From the NCBI RefSeq assembly GCF_018977255.1, contig NW_024704743.1, forward strand, positions 32,800,001 to 32,864,000: a stretch of 64,000 nucleotides of DNA, written 5' to 3'. This DNA comes from Callorhinchus milii (lineage: Eukaryota). Below, piece by piece: positions 40,408-54,085 of the stretch (positions are counted from its first letter, which is position 1; every line of letters begins with the position of its first letter). Made by a program: the position numbers and the translations under genes. The notes under the pieces were generated by a model. It saw only the letters and a program-made list of their open reading frames with translations, was not told the DNA's origin and searched no databases.

Positions 40408-41386
40408 CAGTGATGTTGAAACAGAGCAACATGCCACGGGCTTGTTTGTAAATCAGCCACCTCAGCTTCAGCAGAAAGCACGTGTCTCATATAATTCTCA
40501 CTGACAATTTGCTTGTGGAGCCCCATAGCGCAAGCGAGAGGCCCCGGGCTTGATTCACAGCGGAGCCAAACCATAGGCAAGTTTCCTTACTTCACACACC
40601 TTTGTTTACCAAGCATTAAGTAGGAACCTGGTTTTTAGTGAATTGGCGGATCGCTTTTCTGTGGGTAATAATCCTTCCAAAAAATAAATAATGATACATT
40701 GATCACTCAATCCACAATTGTTTATGGGGACAATGCTGTGGGCGATTGACTGCCGCATTTCACCCACAAAATATATAGTCAATTCACTTTACAGTATATT
40801 CTGTAAAGCTCTTTCAGGCGTCTCAGAGACATGATATGCGAGGATTATTATTATTATCATAATAAGACATGTGTGTGGCTATTCAAAAGCATTACGTACG
40901 GAGTAAACATTTTTCTAGTCCGGCTTTTTGAATATTCAATTGAAATAGTCATCTAAAATAATATTCGTCTGAGTAAAAACAATTGTGGCAAAACTCTTTT
41001 CAGTATTCGGATCAATACACATCTGTGAATCACTATTTTCGGTGATCACTTTCATCAAAAAGGAAAACACTGATCTCTTGAGACAAACTAATGCCTGGTT
41101 GCAGAACTGCGCTGTGCGGTCCCGCAAACATTTTCACCAAATTCTCAAGATAGTGGTTGAGAAAAATAGGTAAATATCACACTAATGCGTTTTGCTTTTA
41201 CATTGCTAGTATTTGCTTATGTTTGAGTTTTGCTGTATATGTGGCATTCTTGGCGTTTCCTTTGCTGATAAATAAATATTTCAGAGGAAATTGTGTGACT
41301 GGTTTCATTTTTCAACTGCCGTGGCTCACACTGTTGTTCATTAGTCACACATGTGGTTCAGTATAAATCTGAGTTGAACAATACTT
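40408..41386 (+). mobile_element. hAT (Charlie-like) DNA transposon deletion derivative, interrupted by a SINE
   Basis: 40985-41075 reads AKLFSVFGSIHICESLFSVITFIK, resembling the hAT C-terminal dimerisation motif. TIRs are degenerate and the flanks are CTTCAGAC / GTCTAGAC. Confidence 0.6.
40516..40860 (+). mobile_element. CORE-type SINE nested in the hAT remnant
   Basis: ggcaagtttccttacttcacacacc..ggattattattatt. Confidence 0.88.
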
Positions 41387-41599
41387 GTCTAGACTATAAG
41401 ACTAAAGTCCCAACATGGGCCTTGAGCCCACAACTTTCTGACCTAGGGATAGGCAAACCTAGGTGAGTATACAAGGAGGAAATGGCCACAGTGGATATAG
41501 AAAGAGGTGCTCGGTAAGAGTGAGTTGAAGCATAGTTTTTAAAAAAAGTAGCCAAAGGGAGCAGCAGAGGATGTGCAGTTACTGTGAGAAATGTCAGAA

Positions 41600-42590
41600 A
41601 AAGAAACTGTGGAAAACAGCATCCTACATCATCAAGAAAATTAAAATTCAAAGTAGTTGATAAGAGAGGAGAAAACAAAAGTACTGAGCAGATCAATAAT
41701 AAGTCAGGCAAATGGCAAACGAACTGGAAAGTCATTTTATGTTGCTCACACATTTTAGCCAACAAGAGGCATCTCACCCAAACCTCATAATCTGAGATAA
41801 AAATGTAATTGGCCATTCCTGCATTATATCTGTTTTTACAAGAATTCATAAATTCTTAAGGGATATGCAAGGAATATGGAGCAGCAAAGTAAATGGAGTT
41901 GAGGTACAACTCAGCCATGATTTAATAGAATGGCAGAACAGGCTTGAGAGGCTGAATGGCCTCCCCCTGTTCCTATGTTTAAATTTAATCTAAGTTGGAC
42001 TGACCCAAGTGTCCGAGAGAACTTCATAATTGATCTATATCAGAGATCTCCAACGAGTGGATCATTTACTAATTCAAGAGAAATTGAACTAGTCCTTGGC
42101 ATTTAAATGATTGATCTAGTAAAGACCTCTTTTGGAGTACAAATTCAATGTTGGGTCTTCAACCTTGAAGGAAACTATACCTGGATGGTAATCAGCAACA
42201 ATTCACCAGATTGATAAATGCAAGGAAGGGACTTAACTATAATGGATAGTTTAGGTTAAATTTAGGTTCCACCTCTTGGGAGACATGGAGGTTAAGATAA
42301 TCCAATTGCAGTATTTAAAATACTGAAAAGAATTGCTAAGACAGATAGGAGATAATTCTGCCTTAAAGTAGAGGGGTCCAAAACGCGAGGTCACAAGCTG
42401 AAAATGAAAGCGAAACAGGTTAGGTGGAAAAGCGATTGGGATCTTAAAGGGAGATGGGCAAATAATTGGGAAGAAAATTGAGATGTGGAGAAAAGGAATT
42501 AAAAGATTTGCTGAAATCTAGTAAAATGGCAGAACTGGTTCAACAGGCTGAATACCCAGCCTTATCTTGTTCCTAAATTCTTGTTCCTAA
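41600..42590 (+). mobile_element. Degraded CR1 fragments
   Basis: gaggggtccaaaacgcgaggtcacaagctgaaaat (TRGH-like) and ggctgaatggcct..ttcctatg ends. Confidence 0.65.
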
Positions 42591-43133
42591 ATTTCTAACA
42601 CAGAAAGTAGGTTTGGTGTACCATGCTTGAAAAACACCTGAGCCATCAGTAAAATAGTTTTGTAAGTGAACAGGATATTGAATTTACATTTAATCAACAG
42701 ATGTATTATGATGATTGCAACCAAATTACAGTGTATTTTATAAGGTTTTCCTTATTTACTTTGTAAAATGCTATTGACAAAAAGCTTGAGGTCTAAAATA
42801 GTTATTTTGAGGCTAATGTACTATGAAATGAAATCGAAGATCAAATCTTCCAAGGTTTTCCAAGCATGGCTGGTTATGCATCAAGAATGTCTCCTTGCTC
42901 TGATTCATTCTAAGAAATGCTTAGAAAAATGAACTACCAAAAGCTCATTGGGGGCCCGTCTTCCAAATCGTGACTGTCCAGCCCCTTAGGATGTTGTCCT
43001 GACGTGAAAGGCGTTATACAAATTAAACTTTTTGTTGCCTTTCCATCTTCCGAGGATAGGAAACTGGTAAACCTGTCTTTATATATGGATAAAAACGATC
43101 TTCCTCTCGACTGCAATCTCAAATCAACCTTGT

Positions 43134-43455
43134 GGAGTCCTGTAGCTCAGTGGTTAGAGCACTCGCTTTGCAAGCGAGAGACCTGAGTTCAATTCCAGGC
43201 AGGTCAGGGCGAAACCTTGGGCAAGTTTCCTTACTCCACACGCCTAATAATAATCCCTCCAAAACAAAACAATAATAAATTGGTCATTTTCAATCTACGA
43301 CTGTTTGTGGGACATTGCTGTGCGCAATTGGCTGCCGTGTTCGCCCACAAATATACAGTCAATTCACTTTACAGTCTATTCTGTGAAGCGCTTTGGGACG
43401 TCCTCCCGACGTGAAAAGCGCTATATCAAATGCAAGGATTATTATTATTATTATT
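43134..43455 (+). mobile_element. CORE-type SINE, internally deleted subfamily
   Basis: Well-preserved head, deletion junction cacgcct|aataataatccct, and ATT tail. Confidence 0.92.
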
Positions 43456-44179
43456 TGGTGCTGTAAATGGGACCGAGTATTCAGAACCTCAAATTCATCC
43501 CCAAAAACATTTCAAACACTTTGGTCTCCTGATTCTTCCTCTCCAAGCAGATATTCACGTTTTTCCTTGAAAACTCATTTATGAGGACAATCACTCAGGG
43601 AAGCATTTTGAAGACTGGAGCTCTATATTTGGAATACAACATAAAATCAATCAATCACAAGGGGTAGAAAAGTGAAGAGTTGACAAGCTCTTTGGTACAC
43701 ATTTTGTACCAGACAGTACCTGGAAGAGACCTCTAGGCACCATCATTCTAACAACGGCCTGAATAATCTTCAGAATTGTCAACAACAAAAAGAAAATCCT
43801 CAACTTCCCAATATTGGATATTGGTGTGCACTTGGCAACACTGAACTTTCCCAAAGTTGGACAATTTGGATTGGCTTTTAAGCTTCCTCAGTAAATCAAC
43901 GTTAGCTAAGTTATTTGATGGTGCCTCTGCTGAATTCCACACCCCCACTCTCTCACAACCATAAATGCCTGAAAGAGCACAGCTCTTGCCAGCAGTACAC
44001 CACCAAAACAGCCTAGCCCAGGAGGGAGTGTGTTCCAGAGAGATAAGAACCTCTCACCCCAACTGAAAATTATTTCATAGGGATGTTATTTTATTCTAAT
44101 TCTAAAGTTGGTACTTTGAACAAAGAGCATTCCCTCTAGAGGACATTGTTCTCCTTTAAGAACTATTCAGGACAGATTT

Positions 44180-44672
44180 ATTAACAACAGGCATTATATT
44201 CACCCTTCACATGGTGCTGGGTCTGAGAGCTTAACAGTGCTGCGGAGCCTGATGCTAAGCCGGGTGACCGTAAGCATGTTCGAAGAGGAAGGTCTTCAGT
44301 TGTGATCTAAGAAGGGGCCAAGCCAGAGGGATTGAGGGAGAGAGTTCCAAAGCTTTCTTGGCCTAGTGGCTGAAAGCACGGTGGTGGAGCGGAGAGGGCA
44401 AGGGACGAGCAGGAGGCTATAGCCTAGCAGAGGCACTGGATAGTGGAGAGGGGAGAAGCAGGTCGGAAGGTTAGGGAGGTGCCACAGCATGAAGGGGTTT
44501 TGTAGGTGAGTGAGAGGATCTTGAATTCAATCAATTTTGTGATGGGGAGCCAGTTGAACCTGGCGAGGAATGATGGGATGGGGATATGGAGTTTAGTAGA
44601 GGTGAATGCGGATAGCAGAATTCTGAATCAGTTTGTGTGCAGTGGAGCTGGGGAGACTGGCAAGGAGGGCAT
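44180..44672 (-). mobile_element. L2 LINE 3' fragment
   Basis: KLWNSLPQSL frame; similar to 4068-4600. Confidence 0.8.
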
Positions 44673-47309
44673 TATCAGACAGAAAATGCACTTCCAATAG
44701 CAAAATTATAAAATAGTTTAAAAAAAATCCAAAATATCTGTACAGAAGTTGTAAACAATAGATATTAAATCATCATATGAAATGCTTCATTTCTAACATC
44801 CATATTGAAAAAAATTAGCACTATCAACTAGCTATTAGCTACAAACAAACCTTACCCATTTTCCAGCTTAGGAGTTCAATCACTGGTTATGTTAATAATG
44901 AAGTCAAAATCCCTAATTAACCTTCCTCAACCATATCTAACATTTCATTCTGCCAAATATGAAACCGACTTGATTAGAATTATGAGAATGAGAATAAAAA
45001 CATGGAATTCAATCAGCAGTGACAGGAAACAGGTTAGGGCAAGTTCAAGACAACTTTACCCCCCAAACTTAAAAACTAGTTTGGCAAGATATCCTCAATC
45101 TTCAGAAACAAGTTTCAGCGGCTTTCCAGAGAGAAAATAAAATAGAACAGCAGTGCAAAGTGCCTGAGCTGTCAATGGATGAGCGCCTATTAGCAAAACT
45201 AACAAGCAGTAAAAAAGCCAGATGATTTAATCAAAAGGGGGAGGGGAGGAATACAAAAGTGATAATCATTTGAATTCCCCATTATAAATTGAGGCATGGA
45301 TCCTAGCAATACTAGTGACTTGTCAACTTCAAATTTCAGAATAAATTAATTCTATTGATAGTCTTTCACTCCGAATTATCTAAATGAACATTTCAAATAA
45401 TGAATTGGTGCCAAATGATGATACAGCTTCCAATTGCTGCTATAAATCAGGTACATAAGCAACTCATTGGTTTGAAGTCATACATCAACCTGTAACTCCC
45501 TTTACTTTGGTACGGATTGGAGTTTTGATTTGAAATACAACATAGTCAATAGAATGTTGCATCATTCAAAACATAGGGCAATGTCACCGAGTGCTTCACA
45601 GAGACGGGGAGGCCACTGATTAAGGGAGAGAGAGGGGGGAAAGGGTGAGCTTCAAAGAGGTAAGATTTAAGACATGATGGAACCAAAAAGAGAGGGGGTA
45701 AAACCAAGTTTGGAGAGTTGAAAGTAGTTTTTTGAGGGGGGTAATGAAGGCCGTTCTAAAGAGGGGGATGCTGCCAAAAAATGGACAGGTTGACTATGTC
45801 CGTCAGCAGGGGACAGCGGAGGGCAACTGGGTGGTCAGCAGCTCGGGGGGGGGGGGGGGGGGGGGGGGAAGAGAGACAAAAGAGTCAAGGAAACTAATGG
45901 TGGATTTTGTGAGTAATGAGGGTAGAAAGGGGCAAGGGAGAGGTAAGTGTGCATGATAGGGGCAGTGGGAGATGACACGGGGGGGGGGCGGGGTGCTGGA
46001 GGTCAAAGATTTTGACACATTTAAATTTAAAATTTGGCACATTTTGGCGCCAGAGAATGGGAGCGTACGGCAACCACACGCACAGCCCGTTTAAATATTT
46101 ATAGCGAATACCCAGATATAACGCTCTTCCCCAGGGCATTCGTTATCAGGGTCAGCCTATACCCAGCACATTCTCCGATCGGATTACACATTTAAAGTAT
46201 AACAATGAACTATGGGTCTGTTGAAATAGATACCACCACAAACTATTTTCTTCTTAATGAAGTTTTACTCAACTAGCAACAGTGTACACAACCCAACACT
46301 GAATTTTGCAAATTTGATATTTCTAGATCAACATAACTAGAAACTCCAGGACTTCCAATAGAGTTGCATGTTGGACATGTACAGCAATAACTGAACCCAT
46401 CCCTGTGAGAAAACAAAACAAAACTGCGGATATGTGTGGAGGAAATCCATAATAACCTTCTCCTGTTAAGATTGTTTTTCTCACTGCCAGTTTTTCTCCC
46501 GTTTCCCCTCTTCTGAAGCCATCATTTCACCCACAAAACACAGTCACTACACTTTACAGTATATCCTGTGAAGAACATTGCGACATCTCAATAAACACTA
46601 TATCAAATTCAAGGATTATTATTATTGTCTAACTCCTTGCATTTTGCAGATTTCCAGTAAAGGGCCTCAGTCTGCCCAGTTACTCCCAGCAGTAAACAAT
46701 ATTTGTGTCCAAAAGCAGTTAATGTATTTTTAAAACAAAAATGAAGATTTTTGATTCATTCATTGCAATTAAAACTTTTCCCTTCTCTCTCTCCCCGAGG
46801 ACTATCTCACACATCAAGATAGGTGGTCACATAAACAAAGTCTTTCCTTTTCAAGCACCACAAGATTCATGACATAGGATAATGACAAAGGATAATGCTA
46901 AATGTGGGCTTAACACTCCCCTAAAATCTCAGTGAACTGTGCAACTTTACTATACAATAGAAGGGGAGTACATTGTTGAAAACAATTTTTAAACCGCAGA
47001 AAGTTTACTTAAGTTTAATGTCAGGGTAGCTGAGGGGAGAATTGCCAGTTCCATGGTTTTGTTTTGGAATTGAAATTTTTTTTTTAAATTAGGCTTTCCA
47101 CAACCAATTCTTAACAAGTAGCTGCTTACATACTTTTAAGATACTGTACTTTTGGGACTGTTTTATTGATATTTGAGATAAATAAGAACATAGGAAAGTG
47201 CACAGTAGGAAGAGATTACTGCAGTCTGTTTCATTGGTCCAACAAGTTTAAAGAATACTATACAATACATACAATTTTACAACAAAATACTATACAATTT
47301 TTACTAAAA

Positions 47310-47752
47310 TGATACTAGGGATGAGGGACTTCAATTACCTAGACAGACTTAGAGAAGCTGGGATTGTTCTCCTTAGAGCAGAAAAGGTTAAAGGGGAGAT
47401 TTAATATAGGCATTCAAAATTATGATTGGTTCTGATAAGAGTAAATAGGAAGAAAAAGTTTCCTCTGGTGGGTGGGTAGGTAGCCAGAGGACACAGATTT
47501 AAGACAATTGGCAAAAGAACCAGAGGGGAGACGAGGACATTTTTTCTTACCCAGAGAGTTATTACGATTTGGAATGCACTGCATGAAAGGGTGGTCGAAG
47601 CAGATTCTCTTTCAAAAGGGAATTGGATAGGTACTTGAAAAGCAACAATGTGCAGGGCTGGGGTAAGAGCAGGGGAGTGGGACAAGTTGGATAGCTCTTT
47701 CAAAGAGCCGGCACAGGCTCCTTCTGTGCTGTAAAATTCCATGATTCTATGA
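47310..47752 (+). mobile_element. CR1 LINE 3' end
   Basis: LEKLGLFSLE..RGHRFK..TQRV..IWNAL frames, with tail attccatgattctatg. Confidence 0.92.
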
Positions 47753-47994
47753 GTACTTCTCTTATACCCTTCAAACACTTCTTTCACCAAAACTCTTTGC
47801 AGATCCCCCTTGAATTTGCAAATACTGTCTCCCGCCACAGTCTACTCCCTTTATTTTAAAATGCCATTACATCACCAATATAATTAATCTGAAAGAACCA
47901 CGAGTGGCAACTTGGTATGCCAGGCATGTGGTAACAGGCTATTTTGGAATATTTATTTTTCCTGATACTGGGTTACTTCTGTGGCATCAGCATT

Positions 47995-48364
47995 TGAAGT
48001 CCTCAGTGGTTAGAGCACTCTCCTTGCAAACGGGAGACCTGGGTTCTCTTCCAGGCAAGGCGAAATGTTGGGCAAGTTTCCTTACTCGACATGCCTCTGT
48101 TTACCGAGCAGTAAGTAGGAACCTGGTTGTTAGTCGGTTAGCGGATCACTTTTCCGGGGATAATAATCCCTAAAAAAAAAGCAATAATAATTTAGTCACT
48201 CGATTTGGACTGTTCGTGGGACACTGCTGTGCGGAATTGACAACTGCGTTTTGCCCACAAATATACAGTCAATTCACTTTACAGTATATTCTGCGAAGCA
48301 CTTTGAGACATCTGGACGACATGAAAGCGCTATATCAAATGCAAGGATAATTATTATTATTATG
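47995..48364 (+). mobile_element. CORE-type SINE, full length
   Basis: Head, core and tail are present. Confidence 0.9.
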
Positions 48365-50529
48365 AATAATTGGGCTATTTTAAATATTTTTGAGCTATTA
48401 CACTCCTTAAACCTCCCAACCCCGGGGATGGGGCAAATTGCAACATGTAGGACAGTTGTGAGTGAAGAACAAATATGGAATATGGTTTTATGAGCACGAG
48501 CTAAACTCAAGTACCTTATCCAAATGTGGCTCTTAATGAAGCCTGGATTGTGTGTGTGTTGGAAAGTTATTTGATCATGGAAGGCTTCAAAAATTAGTCT
48601 AATCCATTCTTGTCCAGCATTCATCCACATTACCAGCAGAGGCAAGAACCCCTGATTTCCCTTGCATATCACCGAGATGCTGAGCACAAAAAACTTGGAA
48701 CTTTGCAACAGGAAACCTATGCAACAGTCAAGATCAGATTATGTCTGAATCCCACAAATGCAAGATTCTGCCAGTTGTGAACACTGGGGTTTACAAGAAT
48801 AAATACTGTTCTGCTTCACACGAGTACTTGGCAAAATCAAATGTGTTTGGGCGGAGGCACATTAAAAAATGGATAATTTATGGATGAGTGTCCTCTACTT
48901 AATTGGTGATGATACAGGATCACAAGAGGTTGGCAAAAACTATAGGCTTATCTATCACTAGCACAATTTAAAGGGCAATACTACAACAGTCAATAGTGGA
49001 CAAGTACCATACCCACCCCAGCATATACAGAGACAATCAACATGCTGAGAAAACACCAAACAGAATAGATTGTTTTGAAATTCAAAGGAGGGACAAATCA
49101 TCCTGGAGCCCTTTTAGCAAAGTTATTTAATAAGGTGTGGTTAACTGAGCAATATGCATTCAAGTTACCCCAAAGGCACGAGCTAATAGGTTTCTGCAGT
49201 CTAATGCAAAAGACATTAAATCTGCCCAGTCAGTCTAATGCTCTTCTCAGTCTTTGTAAAGCACTTGGAGGTACTGAGCCTGTGTGAAAGGCTCTATGTA
49301 AGTGCAAACTGCTGTTGAAAACCTCACCTTCTTAAAAAAAACAAGCAGAATTTGATAAACAGAAAAAGTCAAAAATAAATTGTTTGTTGAGATTGGATGT
49401 TAGAATATAGATTTCTGAAGCAATGAACTTGCATGCATGTTGGGAGTATAAATATCCTGTTTCATCAAGAACCAACTTATTAATTTGATGAAATCCACAA
49501 CATATGAATGTCTGGAAATTCACTGTTGTCATCAGATCATACCCTGAAGTAATATTTTAGTTTAAAAATTTTTTAATGCACAATTATTTTTTATAAAGAT
49601 GACAGAAGGCAGCAGCACACAAGTGGCATATATAAACATTCAGACGTTGGGTTTTATTGTATCCTATTACTGTGACAATAATTACATTAACTGTTCCTGT
49701 TAATTAACTGAACCAAACTGATGGCCCAATCACAAACAAAAAAACTACTCTTGAAGGAAACACCTGAACCTGTGCCACTGGATCTTCTCTATATTTGCCA
49801 TATCCTGCTGCAAAAAGTCAAAGTATATATTTAAAATCACCTTACATATACAATGATGTGATATGCACATATCCATGACGTATTCAACTTGATAATACAT
49901 ACCTCACACACAAAACTACAATAGCTCAATAAAAACAGACATGTGCCTGAGCTGCAGACAGGAAGATGATGGCAATGCTCTCATGCCTTTCATGCTGAGC
50001 TGTGTTGCCCATTGGGAAGCTCGCTGGGAGTTTCTGGTACCTCGGCATCCATCTAGTGAGGGCTCAAACCTGAGCTTGTCAGATGTCATACAACCAACTA
50101 GTGACTATCCTCCAAGGGGGGAGAAAGGTAAGCGGGGTCTCCTTGGAGCTGAATTGGCTCCAAGGTGACATGTTTGGCAAGGGAATGCTAAGCGACAGTG
50201 TCTGGCATGAAGGGCGCTATATAAATGCGAGTTATTGTTGTCGGAATCGAGCCATCGCCCTCTGTGGTACTCTTGGTAATCCAGTTCCTGAGCCAGGCCG
50301 GTCCACAGTACTCCAGGGCACTGCTGATGACAGCGCAGTCGGCCTGGTTCATTGGCATGACTTAGAAAGGCAGATAAGTCACTGGACAGGGAATCCTCTC
50401 ACTCATCTCCCGTTAACTCTACAAACCAAAGCCCAAATGGGTAGGTTGGTCCAAGTTGGACAAGTAGTGGGAAAGTTTGCCTGACTTGATAACCTGTGCT
50501 ATCAATTACAAGCTATGTGAATTTAGCTG

Positions 50530-50882
50530 GTTCGACTCCAGCTGCACCCATCGTATACTCTGGGGACCCCAAGCCTCAGCTGTTGCCTATCTGCAACAAA
50601 TACTTTCCGGAATTAGGTAAGCAGGATACACCCTCCAAGGAGAGAGTGTGCATTCCACTACAACAACCTATTTCTGGAATTTCCATGTTTCATGAATGCT
50701 GCATTTCACCCACAAAACATAGTCAATTCACATTACATTATATTCTGTGAATCACTTTGAGATGTCTCAACGATGTAATAAGGCACTAAATCAAATGTAA
50801 GGATTATTATTATCTGAGATGCATAGAATTCTTAGTTTAGCTTGGATACTCCTAAGTATGGTGATGGGGTTAGACAAAAAAA
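50530..50882 (+). repeat. Unclassified repeat family copy, interrupted by a SINE tail (50695-50812)
   Basis: ccggaattaggtaagcaggatacaccctcc..ctggaatttccatgt, resuming after the SINE tail. Confidence 0.75.
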
Positions 50883-52009
50883 TTGTGTAAATAAGAAGTT
50901 GGGGAAATGGCTGCAAAGCACAATAGACTGATATTTAGCTCTCATTCTCCTTTATTTCAATGGAAAAATATAAATTGGCACTACTGAGATATAGTACATA
51001 AGAAAGATGCACAACATTCCACCATGTACACAAAAAGGTCTTTACATGTACATAACTGCATCGCACAAAGAATCAATATGGAATCCCCCTCAGGCATTTT
51101 TGAAAATAAAATCAACAGCTGCATGGAAAGGATGTTCAGCTATCACTATCACCTTCATGCAGTAGGAGACATAAGCTAAACTTAAGCCTAAAAGGGGTTA
51201 AATTTTGTTGGAAACAAAAGTGCTTCCCCCTCCCTTTTAGTCAAAGGCAGAATACAGCCCAAAGGAAGTATACAAGAGTACAAATGGCTGAAGAAACTCG
51301 CACTGATGGTTGCTGAGGAGAACAAAAGCTTCACAGAATGTGTGCAGGGATGCCAAGGAACTTCAGAGGATTTGAAAACTCTAATATGTCTTTTGACAAC
51401 CCAGATTCAACTCTACAGTCAAACCCATATACAAGGGCAGCATTTCAGGTGAGAAAGTCTGGCATAGTGTTCTATGGGCACAGCAGGAGGTATCTATCGC
51501 ATCCAGACTTTTCTGATTAATAAAGAATGTTGAGGTGTTTGCCATTGCAGCTCCTGTTTCTGGCTGAAATCCCATCAACTGCTATGGCGCTGGTTCAGTC
51601 ATGATCTGGCAGAAAAAATTGAGAGCTCATGCTCTTTTTTCCACTCAGTCTCATCTGTCCCACCACACACACTGTATACACATTTTACATTTAATACACC
51701 AACGCCTGTTCTTTGGTTTCAACTTTAAATCTCTTATTTCCCTCTCCGTGTCACCATACTTTTTCAAGCACTTTTGAGGCTTCTTTTCTGTGAAAAATGC
51801 TATAAAAATAAGATTTCTGTTGTTTTACTCTGCACTGAGGCACTGACCTGAAATGCTGTACAAACTTTCTGATTATAATCAAATAAATTGTAGTTGGGGT
51901 CAGAAACACTCGATCTATTTGGATTTGTGGTGGCCCCATATTGACCAAACTAACTGGAGCAACTTCTAATCCTCAATGGTACACAACATGAAAGGTTGGC
52001 ATCACACAA

Positions 52010-52480
52010 CATTATTAATATTTGCATTTGATAAAGCACCTCATCACATCATTGAGACATCTCTAAGCACTTCAAAGAATATAAGTGAACTGACTGTACA
52101 TTTTATGGGTGAGACGCAGCAGCCAATTGCACAGCAGTGTCCCATAAACAGTCGTGGATTGAGTGATCAAATTATTATTTAATTATTTTTTGAAGGAATT
52201 ATTATCCCCCGGAAAAGCGATCCACCGATCAACTAACAACCGGGTTCCTACTTACTGCTAGGTAAACAGAGGCGTGTGGAATAAGGAAACTTGGCCAACG
52301 TTTCGCCCAGCCCGGGAATCGAACCCAAGTCTTTTTGCTTGCGAGGTGAGTGCTCTAACTACTAAACTACAGGACTTCCGTAGGTGAAATTGTGCACAGC
52401 AATGTCCCACAAACAGTCATGGATTGAATGACCAAATTTTTTTTAAAAAGGGGATTATTATCCCTGAAAAGCAATCGACC
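52010..52480 (-). mobile_element. CORE-type SINE (52010-52378) plus an adjacent partial copy
   Basis: Reverse complement of the family consensus. Confidence 0.88.
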
Positions 52481-54085
52481 AACAACATTTATCCATACTT
52501 AGCAAAGGAACTTTAATTGTAAAAATTGAGAAGCTAAATGCAATAGGTACCTAATGACAGCTGAGGATTTATGAGCAGTACACGTGGAAATGCAAAAGTT
52601 ATGAAATAATACATAACTCAGGAGTGAATTTCACTGCTATAAACTAACCTTTCTCCTACTGCTATAAGGTATATCAAGGATTATTATTATAACTTTAGGA
52701 TTATAATTGCACTACAAACTAAGCTTTAGAAATTCATATCAGTCATTTAAATCATGACTACCATCTAGAATATCATTCACTAAAATACCATTTTGTTTAT
52801 TATGAAGAGTTTCTGGTCAGTTAGACAGTGACAATCAAGTAGTCTGATAGGCACTTTATTATATTACCACCACAAAAGGTCTGATATTACTGTAGTTTCA
52901 GATCAACAAATAACTTGTGATCATGTATTGGTATCCCAGGCATACCATGAACTGTTGTACCTCTAACCACTTAACAACACAAATCTAACTGGACAACTGA
53001 CATCAGATCAAAAAAACTGGGCTGGGAACAGCAGCAGCTACCCCATTACAGATAAGACTGCAGGGTTATTTCCCACCAATTTCTCCTTTCCCCCAACCCC
53101 TCCTGCAGACATTTTAACACACTGAGAGCCAAGGTGAAAGATTCAAGTAAGCAAATAAGACATGGTTGGGGATGTAACATTTGGATTTTTAAGGGCGGGG
53201 GTGCAGTAAGAGAGAAAGGTTTGGTCTGAAACAAACAAAATATTTTTAATATTTCGTACATCAATCAACAGGTCCTCCTTCAATTCCTCCGTCTCGCTGT
53301 GCGTTCCGAAAAGACAGTAATGTACTTGCTTACAAATGTTCAACCTTATGTTGAAACCAGTCATTGGGGTTGGAAAAGTGGCGGCTCACGATGGGATTCA
53401 CTAACAGTAACTCGGTGTCGCTAATAAGGGATCTGCCCGTAATCAGCAGGTGTCAAGGCTCCTTATGGAGCTGTGCAAAGACGTTTATGTGCAGTTCTGC
53501 TGCTCCGTGACCCCCTTTTGCCCGTTGTTGCTGCTTCACCACATTTTCCCTCTGAAGTACGTGTTGGGAGGGAGCGGAGGAGAAAAGAGGAGGGAAAAAA
53601 AGAGAAAAGAAACATGTTCCAGATGTTGGCCCAGAACTTTTCAAGGAGCACGAAACAGCACAACAATAAAAAATCTTGATTGCCGTCCAATCTTAACATC
53701 AGACTCTTTCCTAACAGTTGAGAATCACCTCAACTTTGGGGTGTTTTTTTTTTAAAAAAAACCAAAACATTTTTTATTTTTTTTGTGTGTTTTTTTAAAA
53801 AAATGAATCACAACAGCGAAGAGGGTATGATTTGCAAAAACACATAGCAAAAGTTTCCAGATGCAATATTAATACTACCTCTCCACACCCACACCCCCCC
53901 CCAACCAAAACCACCACAAACTGACTGGAAGGGGCAGGCACTCCTCAGGGAAGCCGTGCCAACTGTGGGGGGGAGAGAGAGAGAGACTGTTGCAGACTTT
54001 CTCTCCCGGTTATAAAAGACACTGACCAAAAGAGCAATGACGGACGGCCACACAGACAAAGAGGGACAGAGGCAGAGAAACACAG

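Noticed and set aside
43134..43200. tRNA genes at SINE heads
   Set aside because: A/B boxes are present, but they continue into the SINE body with no acceptor stem or terminator.
50430..50450. gcccaaatgggtaggttgg resembling the 31-bp unit
   Set aside because: It is a single short partial match that could be chance.
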